Part shown: positions 50,082 to 59,991 of the stretch, in pieces
How the letters are laid out: the number at the start of each line of letters is the position of its first letter
How positions within the stretch are numbered: position 1 is the first letter of the stretch
NCBI GenBank assembly: GCA_017513085.1
Contig: JAFWDK010000012.1
Coordinates: forward strand, 1 to 64,000
Length of the DNA stretch: 64,000 bases
Source of the DNA: Clostridiales bacterium
GTDB lineage: Bacteria; Bacillota; Clostridia; Saccharofermentanales; Saccharofermentanaceae
Direction of reading: 5' to 3'
Position numbers and translations under genes: made by a program
Notes under the pieces: generated by a model
The model's input: only the letters and a program-made list of their open reading frames with translations
The model's database searches: none
What the model was told of the DNA's origin: nothing

Positions 50082-51041
50082 ATGAAACACATATTTATTA
50101 TCAATCCTCGGGCAGGAAAAGAGAAAGAGAATATATCTGTCCGCGTGCGCGCTTTTATCGCTACCAGACCGGATCTGGAGGCGCTGGTGTTCACGACGGA
50201 ATATTGCGGCCACGAGACCATCCTCGTCGGGCGTCTCTGCCATATTTTCGAAGATGAGACAATCCGCCTTTATATCTGCGGTGGTTCCGGCACACTCTGC
50301 CGCGCCGTCAGCGGCATCCCGAACCTGGCTATGGTCGAGGTTGCCTTTTTCCCGTGTGGCATGACCAATGACATCCTGAAGGTTTTCGAAGGAGAGGCCG
50401 AGCCTTTCCGTCAGCTGAACGCACTGGTCAACGGTACGCCGATGTATCTCGATCTTCTGGACTTTGGTTTTGGCAAAGCACTGAATTTCTGTTCGACGGG
50501 TTTCGATGCGAAGGTTTCTTCGGATATTAACAGTCTGGCGCGCTTCTCCATCGTCGGCTCGAAGCTTCCTTACTATCTGGCGATCATAAGAAATGCGATC
50601 GCAGTCAGACATTCCATGTATACCATCAATATCGACGGACATGATTTTTCAGGAAGAAAGACCATGATCACGGCGCTGAACGGCATCACCTACGTAGGAT
50701 CGTTCAATCCTTTCGAGCGGGCATGCCCGGTCAATGCGAAGATGAAGGTGATCCTTTACGATGCGGTGTCCATGTTTGCCGTCGCCAAGCATATGAACCA
50801 CTACCGTCACGGGCGGCTTGATAAGATCGGCGCGTCCATCGTGACATTGGAGGGAAGCGAGCTTCGTGTCAAAGCTCCTGAGGGAAGAAATATGTACTTC
50901 GCCGCTGACGGGGAGACGTTCCCGATCAAGGAGTACCATAACGAATATGCGCTCCGCGTTATGCCGGCCGCGCTGAAGTTCGTGCTTCCGCAGAATGTTG
51001 TACTTAAAGAACAGTGCCGTGAATCGGAAGGAGGGGTCTGA
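50082..51041 (+). CDS. Diacylglycerol/lipid kinase family protein (divergent)
   Basis: IINPRAG, CGGSGT, PCGMTND, GFDA, DGE. Confidence 0.82.
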   Translation: MKHIFIINPRAGKEKENISVRVRAFIATRPDLEALVFTTEYCGHETILVGRLCHIFEDETIRLYICGGSGTLCRAVSGIPNLAMVEVAFFPCGMTNDILKVFEGEAEPFRQLNALVNGTPMYLDLLDFGFGKALNFCSTGFDAKVSSDINSLARFSIVGSKLPYYLAIIRNAIAVRHSMYTINIDGHDFSGRKTMITALNGITYVGSFNPFERACPVNAKMKVILYDAVSMFAVAKHMNHYRHGRLDKIGASIVTLEGSELRVKAPEGRNMYFAADGETFPIKEYHNEYALRVMPAALKFVLPQNVVLKEQCRESEGGV

Positions 51042-51042
51042 G

Positions 51043-53781
51043 ATGCTTCTGGATGTAAAAGACGCGCAGCGGATCCTTCTGGGTATTTATTTTGTCGTAT
51101 GCATATTCTTCCTGATCGTTTCAGCGTCCATTATGCAGTATCCACTGTACTTTTCGCTTTACTGCCTGATCTCGCCGATCGTTGCTTTCCTTCTGACGAG
51201 GATCGCCAGGACGAATCTTAAGTTCCAGAAGTACATGATGACCACGTTCTTCCTGGCCATTATCGTGCTTTACGGTATCTACTACAAGAATCCGGGTACG
51301 ATCCAGGATGGTTTTATCACGGTAGCCTGTATCGTGTCTTTGTACTTCGACTTCAGTATCAACCTGTACTGCCTGTTCTTCACGGCTTTGTACTACGCAT
51401 TCTGGATCGTCTTCGACTATACGCTCCTGACCAACTCCCTGATGACCATGGGTTCGCTGGAACTGGCGGTCCGTATCACGATCCTTCTGGTCTCCCAGGT
51501 ATTCCTGATGTGCCTGGTTTCGTTTATCAACCGGTCGCGACAGTCTCTGGTGGATAAGTCCAGAAGTACCGAAGATCTTCTCCAGATCGTTGAAATCAAG
51601 AAGAAAGAAGCGGTGGCGGCTTCCCAGACCAAGGCGGACTTCCTGGCCAGCATGTCCCATGAGATCCGAACTCCGATGAATGCTATCGTCGGTATGACCG
51701 AGATGATCCTTCGTGATGACATTAACCCGAGCGTCCGTGAGAATGCCCGAAACATCAAGAGTGCAGGTAATTCCTTGCTCTCCATCGTGAACGATATCCT
51801 GGATTTCTCCAAGATCGAATCCGGTAAGATGGAGATCATCAACGTCAGATACCAGCTGACTTCGGTCATTAACGATATCATCAATATCATTAATGTCAGA
51901 ATTGCCGACAAGAACCTCGACCTGGTCGTCGATGTGGATCCTAATATTCCGGCGGAAATGGTGGGCGATGAGATCCGTCTGCGCCAGATCCTCCTGAATC
52001 TTCTGAATAACGCCGTGAAGTTTACTTCACAGGGCCATATCGGTCTTCGCGTTTCGCATCGGGCACTGACCAATGATATGTGCCTGCTGCATTTCGATGT
52101 TTACGATACAGGCTCCGGTATCCGTGAGGAAGACAAGCAGCGCCTGTTCAACAGTTTCCAGCGTCTGGACACCCGGCAGAACCGTTCCATCGAGGGAACA
52201 GGTCTCGGCCTTTCGATCTGTAAGCAGCTCCTTGACCTTATGGGCGGCACGATCTCGGTGCAGAGTACTTACGGAAAGGGCAGTACGTTCTCGTTCGAAC
52301 TGCATCAGTTCATCGTCCGTGCCCAGCCGATGTCGAGCATCCCGGATGCCAAGAGAGAACACGTATTCTATCTTGACGACAAGCCGATCTACAGAGAATC
52401 TGCCAGATTGGATCTGCAGCGCCTCGGCGTTTCGGCCCGCTTTGCAACGGATATCTTCGATCTGGACAAGAACTCGAATGCCAAGTATTCCTACTTCTTC
52501 GTATCCCGCGATCTTTTCGACGCAAACAGCCAGAAACTGCGTGCTTTTGCCAGAGAACACGGTGATCCGAAGATCGTCATCATGATCGACCCGACCCAGC
52601 TGGCGACCGGCTACAAGGACGTTCTGGTCGTCCGCCGTCCGGTTTATTCGGCGGTATTTGCTTCCGTTCTCCGTGACAAGCCGATCGAGTCTCTCGAAAC
52701 CAACGAGTTCCACGAGAGCTTCATCGCGCCGGAGGTCAGCATCCTCGTGGTCGATGACAACGCCGTAAACCTGAAGGTCGTTAAGGGCCTTCTTGAGCCG
52801 TATCAGATGCACGTGACCACGGCGAACAGCGGCTCGCGCTGCCTACAGATCCTGAAGGAAGAAGGCCAGCGATTCCACCTGATCTTTATGGATCACATGA
52901 TGCCGGAACTCGATGGTATCGATACTTTGCGCCTCATCCGGAATACCGATGATCCGTATTTTAAGAATGTGCCGGTCATCGCGCTTACGGCCAACGCGGT
53001 CAGCGGTGTCCAGGATATGTTCATGAAGGAAGGTTTCCAGGGCTATGTTTCCAAGCCGATCGAGCTGGCTCAGCTGGAAAAAGCACTGAAGAACAATCTT
53101 CCGGAGGATCTGATCATCAAGAAGCAGGTGGCGGCGGCGGTGACTACGCCGAAGGCCGGCGAGGGCGAGATGCAGCTTCGTGGTGTGGATTGCGCGCGTG
53201 GTCTTTTGAACTGTGGAAATAACCTTGATAACTATCTGAGCCTGTTGAAGGTCGTATATGAGGATGGTGTCGTGAAACTGGACCGTATCCGTGAACTGGC
53301 GGAACAGAAGAACTACAATGAATACGGTATCGAGGTGCACGCCCTGAAGAGTGTCGCCGCATCGATCGGCGCGCAAGAGCTTTCGGATCAGGCTAAGGAA
53401 CACGAATTTGCCAACTATGACGGGCATTTTGATTTCATCGATGCGAACTATCAGGACCTTCTGGTGAATTACAGTTCGCTTCTGGACGATATCGCCATTG
53501 AGCTGAAGGCTCGTGGTGTCATGAATACGGTAGATAAGACAGAAAATGACGGACAGCCGAAGCCGGAGATCCCGGAGGAAACTTTCCGTCAGGCGCTCGT
53601 CGAGATGCGTAGATCGGTAGAGGATTTCGATGCGGATGTGGCCATGGAGAAACTGGATTGGATCCTTGGCTTCGAGGTCGGGGAGCAGCGTACGCTTGCG
53701 CTCCGTCGTATCCGGAATCTCTTGAACGACTTCCAGTATGATGATGCGGTTTCTGCTATAGATAAGATCCTGGAGTTGTGA
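51043..53781 (+). CDS. Membrane hybrid histidine kinase (HisKA, HATPase, REC, Hpt)
   Basis: MSHEIRTPMN, NLLNNAVKFT, GTGLGL, FMDHMMP, VHALKS. Confidence 0.95.
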   Translation: MLLDVKDAQRILLGIYFVVCIFFLIVSASIMQYPLYFSLYCLISPIVAFLLTRIARTNLKFQKYMMTTFFLAIIVLYGIYYKNPGTIQDGFITVACIVSLYFDFSINLYCLFFTALYYAFWIVFDYTLLTNSLMTMGSLELAVRITILLVSQVFLMCLVSFINRSRQSLVDKSRSTEDLLQIVEIKKKEAVAASQTKADFLASMSHEIRTPMNAIVGMTEMILRDDINPSVRENARNIKSAGNSLLSIVNDILDFSKIESGKMEIINVRYQLTSVINDIINIINVRIADKNLDLVVDVDPNIPAEMVGDEIRLRQILLNLLNNAVKFTSQGHIGLRVSHRALTNDMCLLHFDVYDTGSGIREEDKQRLFNSFQRLDTRQNRSIEGTGLGLSICKQLLDLMGGTISVQSTYGKGSTFSFELHQFIVRAQPMSSIPDAKREHVFYLDDKPIYRESARLDLQRLGVSARFATDIFDLDKNSNAKYSYFFVSRDLFDANSQKLRAFAREHGDPKIVIMIDPTQLATGYKDVLVVRRPVYSAVFASVLRDKPIESLETNEFHESFIAPEVSILVVDDNAVNLKVVKGLLEPYQMHVTTANSGSRCLQILKEEGQRFHLIFMDHMMPELDGIDTLRLIRNTDDPYFKNVPVIALTANAVSGVQDMFMKEGFQGYVSKPIELAQLEKALKNNLPEDLIIKKQVAAAVTTPKAGEGEMQLRGVDCARGLLNCGNNLDNYLSLLKVVYEDGVVKLDRIRELAEQKNYNEYGIEVHALKSVAASIGAQELSDQAKEHEFANYDGHFDFIDANYQDLLVNYSSLLDDIAIELKARGVMNTVDKTENDGQPKPEIPEETFRQALVEMRRSVEDFDADVAMEKLDWILGFEVGEQRTLALRRIRNLLNDFQYDDAVSAIDKILEL

Positions 53782-53782
53782 T

Positions 53783-55165
53783 ATGGGCGAAGAAAAGAAA
53801 GACATGAAGACGATTTTAGTGGTGGATGACAGCAAGGCGAATCTTACCCTTTCCAAACAGGCTTTAGAGGAATACTATCAGGTCAGTCTCGTGATCTCCG
53901 GACAGATGGCTCTCCGTTATCTGGAGAAGAAGACGCCGGATCTGATCCTTCTGGACATCAATATGCCGGAGATGGACGGCAAAGAAACTCTGCGCCAGAT
54001 CCGTTCGATTGAAGAGTATAAAGATATCCCGGTCATCTTCCTTACCGCGAAGACGGACCCGGAGACTGAGGTGGAATGTCTGAAACTGGGCGCTACCGAC
54101 TTTATCGCGAAACCTTTTGTGCCGCAGGTCATGCGTTCACGTATCGCGAGGACACTTGAACTTGAGGAGTACCGGAAACAGGCGGAGAAGAAGGCGAAGA
54201 AGTTTGAGAATATTGCCTCCACCGACGCGATGACCGGACTTTGGAACCGTAATTACCTGACGACGAAGATCGACGAGAGCCTCGCGGCCGGTAAAACGGC
54301 AGCCTATCTCATTGTGGACGTGGACCACTTTAAGAGCGTCAACGATAAGCTCGGACACATTATGGGCGATAAAGTCCTGATCCGTCTGGCGCACATGATG
54401 ATGGAGTATTTCCCGAATGACACGGTGGCAAGACTCGGCGGTGACGAGTTCGTTATCTTTATCGTGGATCCGCCGGAGCACGATGTGCTCTGCGAGAAGC
54501 TGGCTTCTTTCCAGAAGACGGTCAACGAAGATCTCGAAAGAACGACGAACGGTATTGCGACATTGTCGATCGGTGTCGCACTGGCACCGCAGGATGGCGC
54601 GAATATGGATACGCTTTACGATAAGGCAGACCGTGCCCTCTATGTCGTAAAGAAGGAAAGCCGTAACAGCTTCCGTTTTTACGATTCCACACTCCCGTCC
54701 AAGCAGGCTAAGGCCGATCTGCCGAGCTCCGTGGAGGTCGATGTCCGTGTCCTGATCCAGCAGCTCAGAGAACCCGGTACGATCCGTGGCGCGTACTGGC
54801 AGGAGTATGAACCGTTCCTGTCCACTTTCCGCTTTGTTGAGAGAAGCAACTCCCGTTCGGATGAGTCCTTCTGCGTGATGCTGACGACACTTTTGAATGA
54901 AAACGGTGAGAAACTGGAAGACGATATTCTGGAGCAGAATATGGATATCCTGTACACGGCGATCCAGGATACGCTCCGAAAAGGTGATGTTTTCACCAAA
55001 TACAGCAGTTCCCAGTATGTGGTGATGCTGCCGTCCGCGAATAAAGAAGCCGGCGGACAGATCGCGGCCGAACGACTCAAGAGCTTTTTCAACGAAAAGA
55101 AGAGTCACCCGGGTGTGGTGCTCAAGACGGATCTGGCCATGATGAATATGGTGGAGCGTACATAA
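53783..55165 (+). CDS. Response regulator diguanylate cyclase (REC-GGDEF + degenerate GGDEF)
   Basis: VVDD, LDINMP, DAMTGLWNR, RLGGDEF; C-terminal LRKGDVFTKYSSSQY. Confidence 0.92.
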   Translation: MGEEKKDMKTILVVDDSKANLTLSKQALEEYYQVSLVISGQMALRYLEKKTPDLILLDINMPEMDGKETLRQIRSIEEYKDIPVIFLTAKTDPETEVECLKLGATDFIAKPFVPQVMRSRIARTLELEEYRKQAEKKAKKFENIASTDAMTGLWNRNYLTTKIDESLAAGKTAAYLIVDVDHFKSVNDKLGHIMGDKVLIRLAHMMMEYFPNDTVARLGGDEFVIFIVDPPEHDVLCEKLASFQKTVNEDLERTTNGIATLSIGVALAPQDGANMDTLYDKADRALYVVKKESRNSFRFYDSTLPSKQAKADLPSSVEVDVRVLIQQLREPGTIRGAYWQEYEPFLSTFRFVERSNSRSDESFCVMLTTLLNENGEKLEDDILEQNMDILYTAIQDTLRKGDVFTKYSSSQYVVMLPSANKEAGGQIAAERLKSFFNEKKSHPGVVLKTDLAMMNMVERT

Positions 55166-55215
55166 TATTTGTGGTAAAATTATAAAGTTATTCAAAATGA
55201 TGGAGGCGAGAAGCA

Positions 55216-56505
55216 ATGCTCGACATTAAATTTGTCCGTGCGAACCCGGATGTTGTAAAGGAAAACATTAAGAAGAAATTCCAGGATGAGAAACTCCCGT
55301 TGGTGGATGAGGTCATCGAATACGATAAGCAGCTGCGTGAGGCGAAGACCCGTGTGGAATATCTCCGTAGCCAGAGAAATGCGATCAGTAAGCAGATCGG
55401 TATGCTGATGGGTCAGGGCAAGAAGGACGAGGCCGAGGAAGCCAAGAAGCAGGTTGCGGAAATGGCGGACGAGATGGCTGCCCTCGATGTGAAAGAGCAG
55501 GAGCTGACCGAGAAGGTCAAGAAGATCATGATGGTGATTCCGAACATTATCGACGATTCCGTGCCGGTTGGTAAGGATGACAGCGAGAATGTCGAGAACG
55601 AGCGTTTCGGCGAGCCGGTCGTTCCGGATTTTGAGATCCCGTATCACGTGGATATCATGGAGAGATTCGACGGCATCGATCTGGATGCGGCCAGAAAGAC
55701 TTCCGGAAACGGTTTTTACTATCTCAAGGGCGATATCGCCAGACTTCATTCCGCGATCCTTTCTTATGCAAGAGATTTCATGATCGATCGTGGATTTACC
55801 TACTATGTACCGCCGTTCATGATCCGTTCCGCAGTAGTAAACGGTGTTATGAGCTTTTCTGAGATGGAGAACATGATGTATAAGATCGAAGGCGAGGATC
55901 TCTACCTGATCGGTACTTCCGAGCATTCCATGATCGGAAAGTTCATCGATACGATGCTTGACGAAGCAGATCTTCCGCAGACATTGACATCCTATTCTCC
56001 TTGCTTCCGTAAGGAAGTCGGTGCGCACGGCATCGAGGAGAGAGGCGTATACCGTATCCATCAGTTTGAAAAGCAGGAGATGATCGTTGTCTGCAAGCCG
56101 GAAGAGAGCATGGACTGGTATAACAAACTTTGGAAGAACACTGTGGATTTCTTCCGCAGCATGGATATTCCGGTTAGAACGCTGGAGTGCTGCTCGGGTG
56201 ACCTGGCCGATCTTAAGGTCAAGTCCTGTGACGTTGAGGCATGGTCTCCGCGTCAGAAGAAGTATTTCGAGGTCGGAAGCTGCTCGAACTTAGGTGATGC
56301 GCAGGCTCGCCGTCTCGGTATCCGTGTCAAGAATAAAGAGAAGGGCAACTATCTGCCGCATACTCTGAATAATACAGTTGTAGCTCCGCCGCGTATGCTG
56401 ATCGCATTCCTGGAGAACAACCTCAATGCTGACGGTTCTGTCAACATCCCGCAGCCGCTGCGTATGTACATGGGCGGCAAGGAGAAGATCGAAGTCAAGA
56501 AGTGA
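55216..56505 (+). CDS. serS: Serine--tRNA ligase
   Basis: MLDIKFVR, LIGTSEH, CFRKEVG, HQFEKQE, EVGSCSN, HTLNNT. Confidence 0.98.
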   Translation: MLDIKFVRANPDVVKENIKKKFQDEKLPLVDEVIEYDKQLREAKTRVEYLRSQRNAISKQIGMLMGQGKKDEAEEAKKQVAEMADEMAALDVKEQELTEKVKKIMMVIPNIIDDSVPVGKDDSENVENERFGEPVVPDFEIPYHVDIMERFDGIDLDAARKTSGNGFYYLKGDIARLHSAILSYARDFMIDRGFTYYVPPFMIRSAVVNGVMSFSEMENMMYKIEGEDLYLIGTSEHSMIGKFIDTMLDEADLPQTLTSYSPCFRKEVGAHGIEERGVYRIHQFEKQEMIVVCKPEESMDWYNKLWKNTVDFFRSMDIPVRTLECCSGDLADLKVKSCDVEAWSPRQKKYFEVGSCSNLGDAQARRLGIRVKNKEKGNYLPHTLNNTVVAPPRMLIAFLENNLNADGSVNIPQPLRMYMGGKEKIEVKK

Positions 56506-56564
56506 TCGGACGATCTGACCTTACGAAGAGCAGTTGACGAAAGAAGAGGACGAAGGCATAGAAG

Positions 56565-57605
56565 ATGCGGAACAATAAGAAGTTTATTATCGGATTTGTC
56601 ATATTTGACGCGCTCCTGATCATCGGGATCGTGTTATATATCGTCATCGCCAATCCTTTCAGCGACAGTGTCGCGCCTTCCGTGACACCGACAACGAAGA
56701 CGACGACGCCTGCCGAATCCGGTACGGGCTCGAAGAAGAAGGGCGCGCTTTCCAAAGTGGAAGAACTGAGTATGGAATCCATGCAGGTCATGACACAGGA
56801 ACCGGCTCTGATGGGCCTTCGTGAAGAAGCCAACCGCACCGAAGATGGCCTTTACTATACCGACTATCTCGGTTATACCGAATCGGATGTGGACGGTGAC
56901 GGCGAGAACGAGTACTTCTCCATCAGCCTCGATGATCACAGTGAATCTTTCTATGTCCTGGCCAGAAAGGGCGATAAGGTCGTCGACTATGTCGTGCCCG
57001 GCACGGAGTATTCTTTTAACGATGCCTATGGCGCCAAGGTCTGCAAAGGCGAACTTCGCGGATTTACGGTCGATCTGAACAGTTCCGACAAGTACACCGA
57101 GATCGGTGTGATCCTTATGCGTGATAACTGGAAAGAGTATGACACGATCATCGCGAGATTTGACGGCGAGAAGATCTATGCGTCCCGCGTGCACGGATTC
57201 CTTTCCGGATTGTCGGATTCATCTAGCGTGCAATTTGCTACATATGATACTATATATGGTATACATAAACTTTATCGGAATTACTCGATCGTGGACGATA
57301 CGGATTTCTTAAGCCCGCAGGGCGATTACTTCGCCGAACTGAATGTGGAGCGCACGTCGTATCTGCACAATCTGGATTTCGAGATCACATGCACGAACCT
57401 TAAGGGTGAACAGATCACATTGAAGCCGGGAACGTCCTTTTACTGGGGAAGAACGGACAATGCGACTTTTGTGGACATGATCTCTACGGACGGATATGTT
57501 TACCGCTTGCCGGTCCGTGAGGAGGTCGTTCACTACGATACAGGCGATCAGTCTGTATACTATCTTGGCGACAAGGTATCTTCGGATATCTACACCAAGG
57601 CTTGA
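56565..57605 (+). CDS. Membrane-anchored extracytoplasmic hypothetical protein
   Basis: N-terminal TM, Thr-rich linker, DVDGDGENE motif. Confidence 0.75.
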   Translation: MRNNKKFIIGFVIFDALLIIGIVLYIVIANPFSDSVAPSVTPTTKTTTPAESGTGSKKKGALSKVEELSMESMQVMTQEPALMGLREEANRTEDGLYYTDYLGYTESDVDGDGENEYFSISLDDHSESFYVLARKGDKVVDYVVPGTEYSFNDAYGAKVCKGELRGFTVDLNSSDKYTEIGVILMRDNWKEYDTIIARFDGEKIYASRVHGFLSGLSDSSSVQFATYDTIYGIHKLYRNYSIVDDTDFLSPQGDYFAELNVERTSYLHNLDFEITCTNLKGEQITLKPGTSFYWGRTDNATFVDMISTDGYVYRLPVREEVVHYDTGDQSVYYLGDKVSSDIYTKA

Positions 57606-57633
57606 TTGCGAGGAAAGAAGAGGACAAAGATAC

Positions 57634-58269
57634 ATGTCGAAGTACTGTATTGGATACTATAACCGTTCTGTCGTGATGACCTATATCGGGTTGGCTTTCG
57701 CGGTGGTCGGTATCTGTTTTGCTTATGTGACGAATCTGACGTGGTCGGTCGTCTGCCTGATCGTGGCGGGCGTGACGGATATGTTCGACGGCAAGATCGC
57801 CAGAGCTTGTAAGAACCGTTCCAAGCAGGAAAAAGAATTCGGCGTGCAGATCGATTCTCTGACCGATACTGTGGCATTTGTTGTGCTTCCGGTCCTGATT
57901 TCCCTGGAGATGGGCCATCAGGGACCGATCAGCATCGCGATCAGCTGCCTGTATGTTCTGGCCGGCGTCATCCGTCTGGGATATTTTAATGTCCTCGTTG
58001 CCAATTCGGTTCCGGATCAGCCCATGAAGAACTATACCGGCCTTCCGGTAACTTCCGCGGCGATCATCTTCCCGACATTGTGGCTGATCTCCCGCTTTAT
58101 TACGAAATTTCCGACCACGATCATGTACAACGTGGTCATGTTCCTGACGGCAGTGCTTTTTGTATCGAGAATGAAGATCAGAAAGCCGAAGGGGATTGCT
58201 TACTATATCTTTACCGTCATTGCGGTCATCGGTATCGCACTTCTTTTGTACCTGCAGTATTTCCGCTAA
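57634..58269 (+). CDS. pssA: CDP-alcohol phosphatidyltransferase (PssA-like)
   Basis: DMFDGKIAR, FGVQIDSLTD, RLGYFN, YTGLP. Confidence 0.88.
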   Translation: MSKYCIGYYNRSVVMTYIGLAFAVVGICFAYVTNLTWSVVCLIVAGVTDMFDGKIARACKNRSKQEKEFGVQIDSLTDTVAFVVLPVLISLEMGHQGPISIAISCLYVLAGVIRLGYFNVLVANSVPDQPMKNYTGLPVTSAAIIFPTLWLISRFITKFPTTIMYNVVMFLTAVLFVSRMKIRKPKGIAYYIFTVIAVIGIALLLYLQYFR

Positions 58270-58303
58270 GGTACGAGGATCTCTGTTTCAGGAGGATAGC
58301 AGA

Positions 58304-59122
58304 ATGGGTATTATCGTCGGCCTCGACATCGGAGGCAGCACTACGAAAGTAGTGGGAATGAATGGAAATAAGATCATCGGAAATCAGATCGTAAAAGCAG
58401 ACGACCCGGTTACATCCGCTTTTGGTGCGCTGGGAAAACTCATGGATTCATACTCTCTTCAGATCTCGGATATTGAGAAACTCAAGATCACAGGCGTTGG
58501 CGCTTCGTTCCCGAACGGCGATCTTCTGGGCATTCCGACGGTCCGGATCCAGGAGTTCTTCGCAACCGGACAAGGTGGTCTTTTCCTTTCCGGACTGGAG
58601 CATGCGATCGTAGTCAGCATGGGTACCGGTACGGCTTTCGTCGAGGCGACCAAAGAGGAAGTCCGTCACATCATCGGTTCCGGTGTGGGCGGAGGTACGC
58701 TGGTCGGTCTTTCCAACTGTGCCCTGAATATGCGTGATTTTGACCTGATCGTGGATCTTTCGCAGGATGGCGATCTGAAACATGTTGATCTGACCATCGG
58801 CGATATTTCCCACGCGGCGATCCCCGGTCTGACGATGGATACGACCGCTTCCAACTTCGGTAAGATGCAGGACGATGCATCCAAGTCGGATGTCGCATAC
58901 GGCCTTTTCAATCTGGTATTCCAGTCGGTCGGCACCATGGCGGTCCTGGCGGCAAGAAATGCAAACCTGAAGGATGTTGTTTTTACCGGTCAGGCGACAA
59001 AAGCACCGATGTGCGCGACTATCTACAAGGCTTTTTCCGAGTTGTATAACATTAACTTTATTGTTCCGCAGATGTCGGAGTTTGCGACCGCGATCGGCGC
59101 GGCCATTGCTTCCGAGGTTTGA
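58304..59122 (+). CDS. coaW: Type II pantothenate kinase-like protein
   Basis: GLDIGGSTTK, ITGVG, SMGTG, GVGGGT, VDLTIGDI, TASNFGK. Confidence 0.85.
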   Translation: MGIIVGLDIGGSTTKVVGMNGNKIIGNQIVKADDPVTSAFGALGKLMDSYSLQISDIEKLKITGVGASFPNGDLLGIPTVRIQEFFATGQGGLFLSGLEHAIVVSMGTGTAFVEATKEEVRHIIGSGVGGGTLVGLSNCALNMRDFDLIVDLSQDGDLKHVDLTIGDISHAAIPGLTMDTTASNFGKMQDDASKSDVAYGLFNLVFQSVGTMAVLAARNANLKDVVFTGQATKAPMCATIYKAFSELYNINFIVPQMSEFATAIGAAIASEV

Positions 59123-59127
59123 TCCTT

Positions 59128-59991
59128 ATGTCGGACGATGCGCATGCCATTTCGAAAGATACGGATCGTTCGGATAAGCGTGCACTGCGCCTTTTGAAGA
59201 GGAAGAACAGGGCATTCGAACTCGATCTTCTTCGTGGTCTGGCGATGTGTGTTATGCTTTGGATGCATACCGCCTGGGATCTGCGCTATATCTTCGGCTA
59301 TAACATTTTTTCCTGTATTGAACCGGATAACAAGATCTTCTGGGGATTCGTCCATCCGTTTTTCTTAAGCGTCTTCGTGGTGGTTTCCGGTATCTGTTGC
59401 CAGTTTTCCAAGAATAATTTCAAGCGTGCCCTGAAGCTCGGGATCATCGCGATCCTTTTTACTATCGGCACCGTAACGATCGACCATTTCCTCGATATGG
59501 GCTGTACCGTGTATTTTAATGTGCTGCATCTTCTTACGATCGGAATGTTCCTGTTCGCGATCTTTGACCATGTCGAGCAGAAGAAGACAGAGACCCGCGA
59601 CAGCCGTGGGGGAACCATGTTCCTGCTTCTCGTGCTTCTGGTCTTTTTTATCCTTACCCATGCACTTCCATATTACGATGGCATGTTTAAGACTCCATGG
59701 GTCTTTATTGTCGGACTGGAACCGGATCCGGCCTACTCGACGGCCTCGCTTCATATGGCCGACCAGATCGGCATCGTGCCGTGGCTCGGAATGTTCTTCT
59801 TCGGCGTTTTGATCGGACGCATGGCCTATAAAGAGAAGAAGACGTTCTTCCCGGGTGCGCCGAAAGCCGTCCGTGCCATCTCTTCACCGATCGAGTGGAT
59901 CGGCAGGCATTCCCTGATCATCTACCTCGTCCACCAGCCGCTCACCATGGGCATTCTGAAAGGCCTTCAGTTTCTGGGGGTGATCAAGTGA
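59128..59991 (+). CDS. DUF1624/heparan-alpha-glucosaminide N-acetyltransferase-like membrane protein
   Basis: ELDLLRGLA, FNVLH, PWLG, IGRHSLIIYLVHQP. Confidence 0.85.
   Translation: MSDDAHAISKDTDRSDKRALRLLKRKNRAFELDLLRGLAMCVMLWMHTAWDLRYIFGYNIFSCIEPDNKIFWGFVHPFFLSVFVVVSGICCQFSKNNFKRALKLGIIAILFTIGTVTIDHFLDMGCTVYFNVLHLLTIGMFLFAIFDHVEQKKTETRDSRGGTMFLLLVLLVFFILTHALPYYDGMFKTPWVFIVGLEPDPAYSTASLHMADQIGIVPWLGMFFFGVLIGRMAYKEKKTFFPGAPKAVRAISSPIEWIGRHSLIIYLVHQPLTMGILKGLQFLGVIK

Noticed and set aside
55166-55215. T-box leader for serS
   Set aside because: Only 50 nt intergenic and no T-box motif seen
52027-56061. Long minus-strand ORFs (261-359 aa)
   Set aside because: Antisense shadows of the hybrid kinase, GGDEF gene and serS
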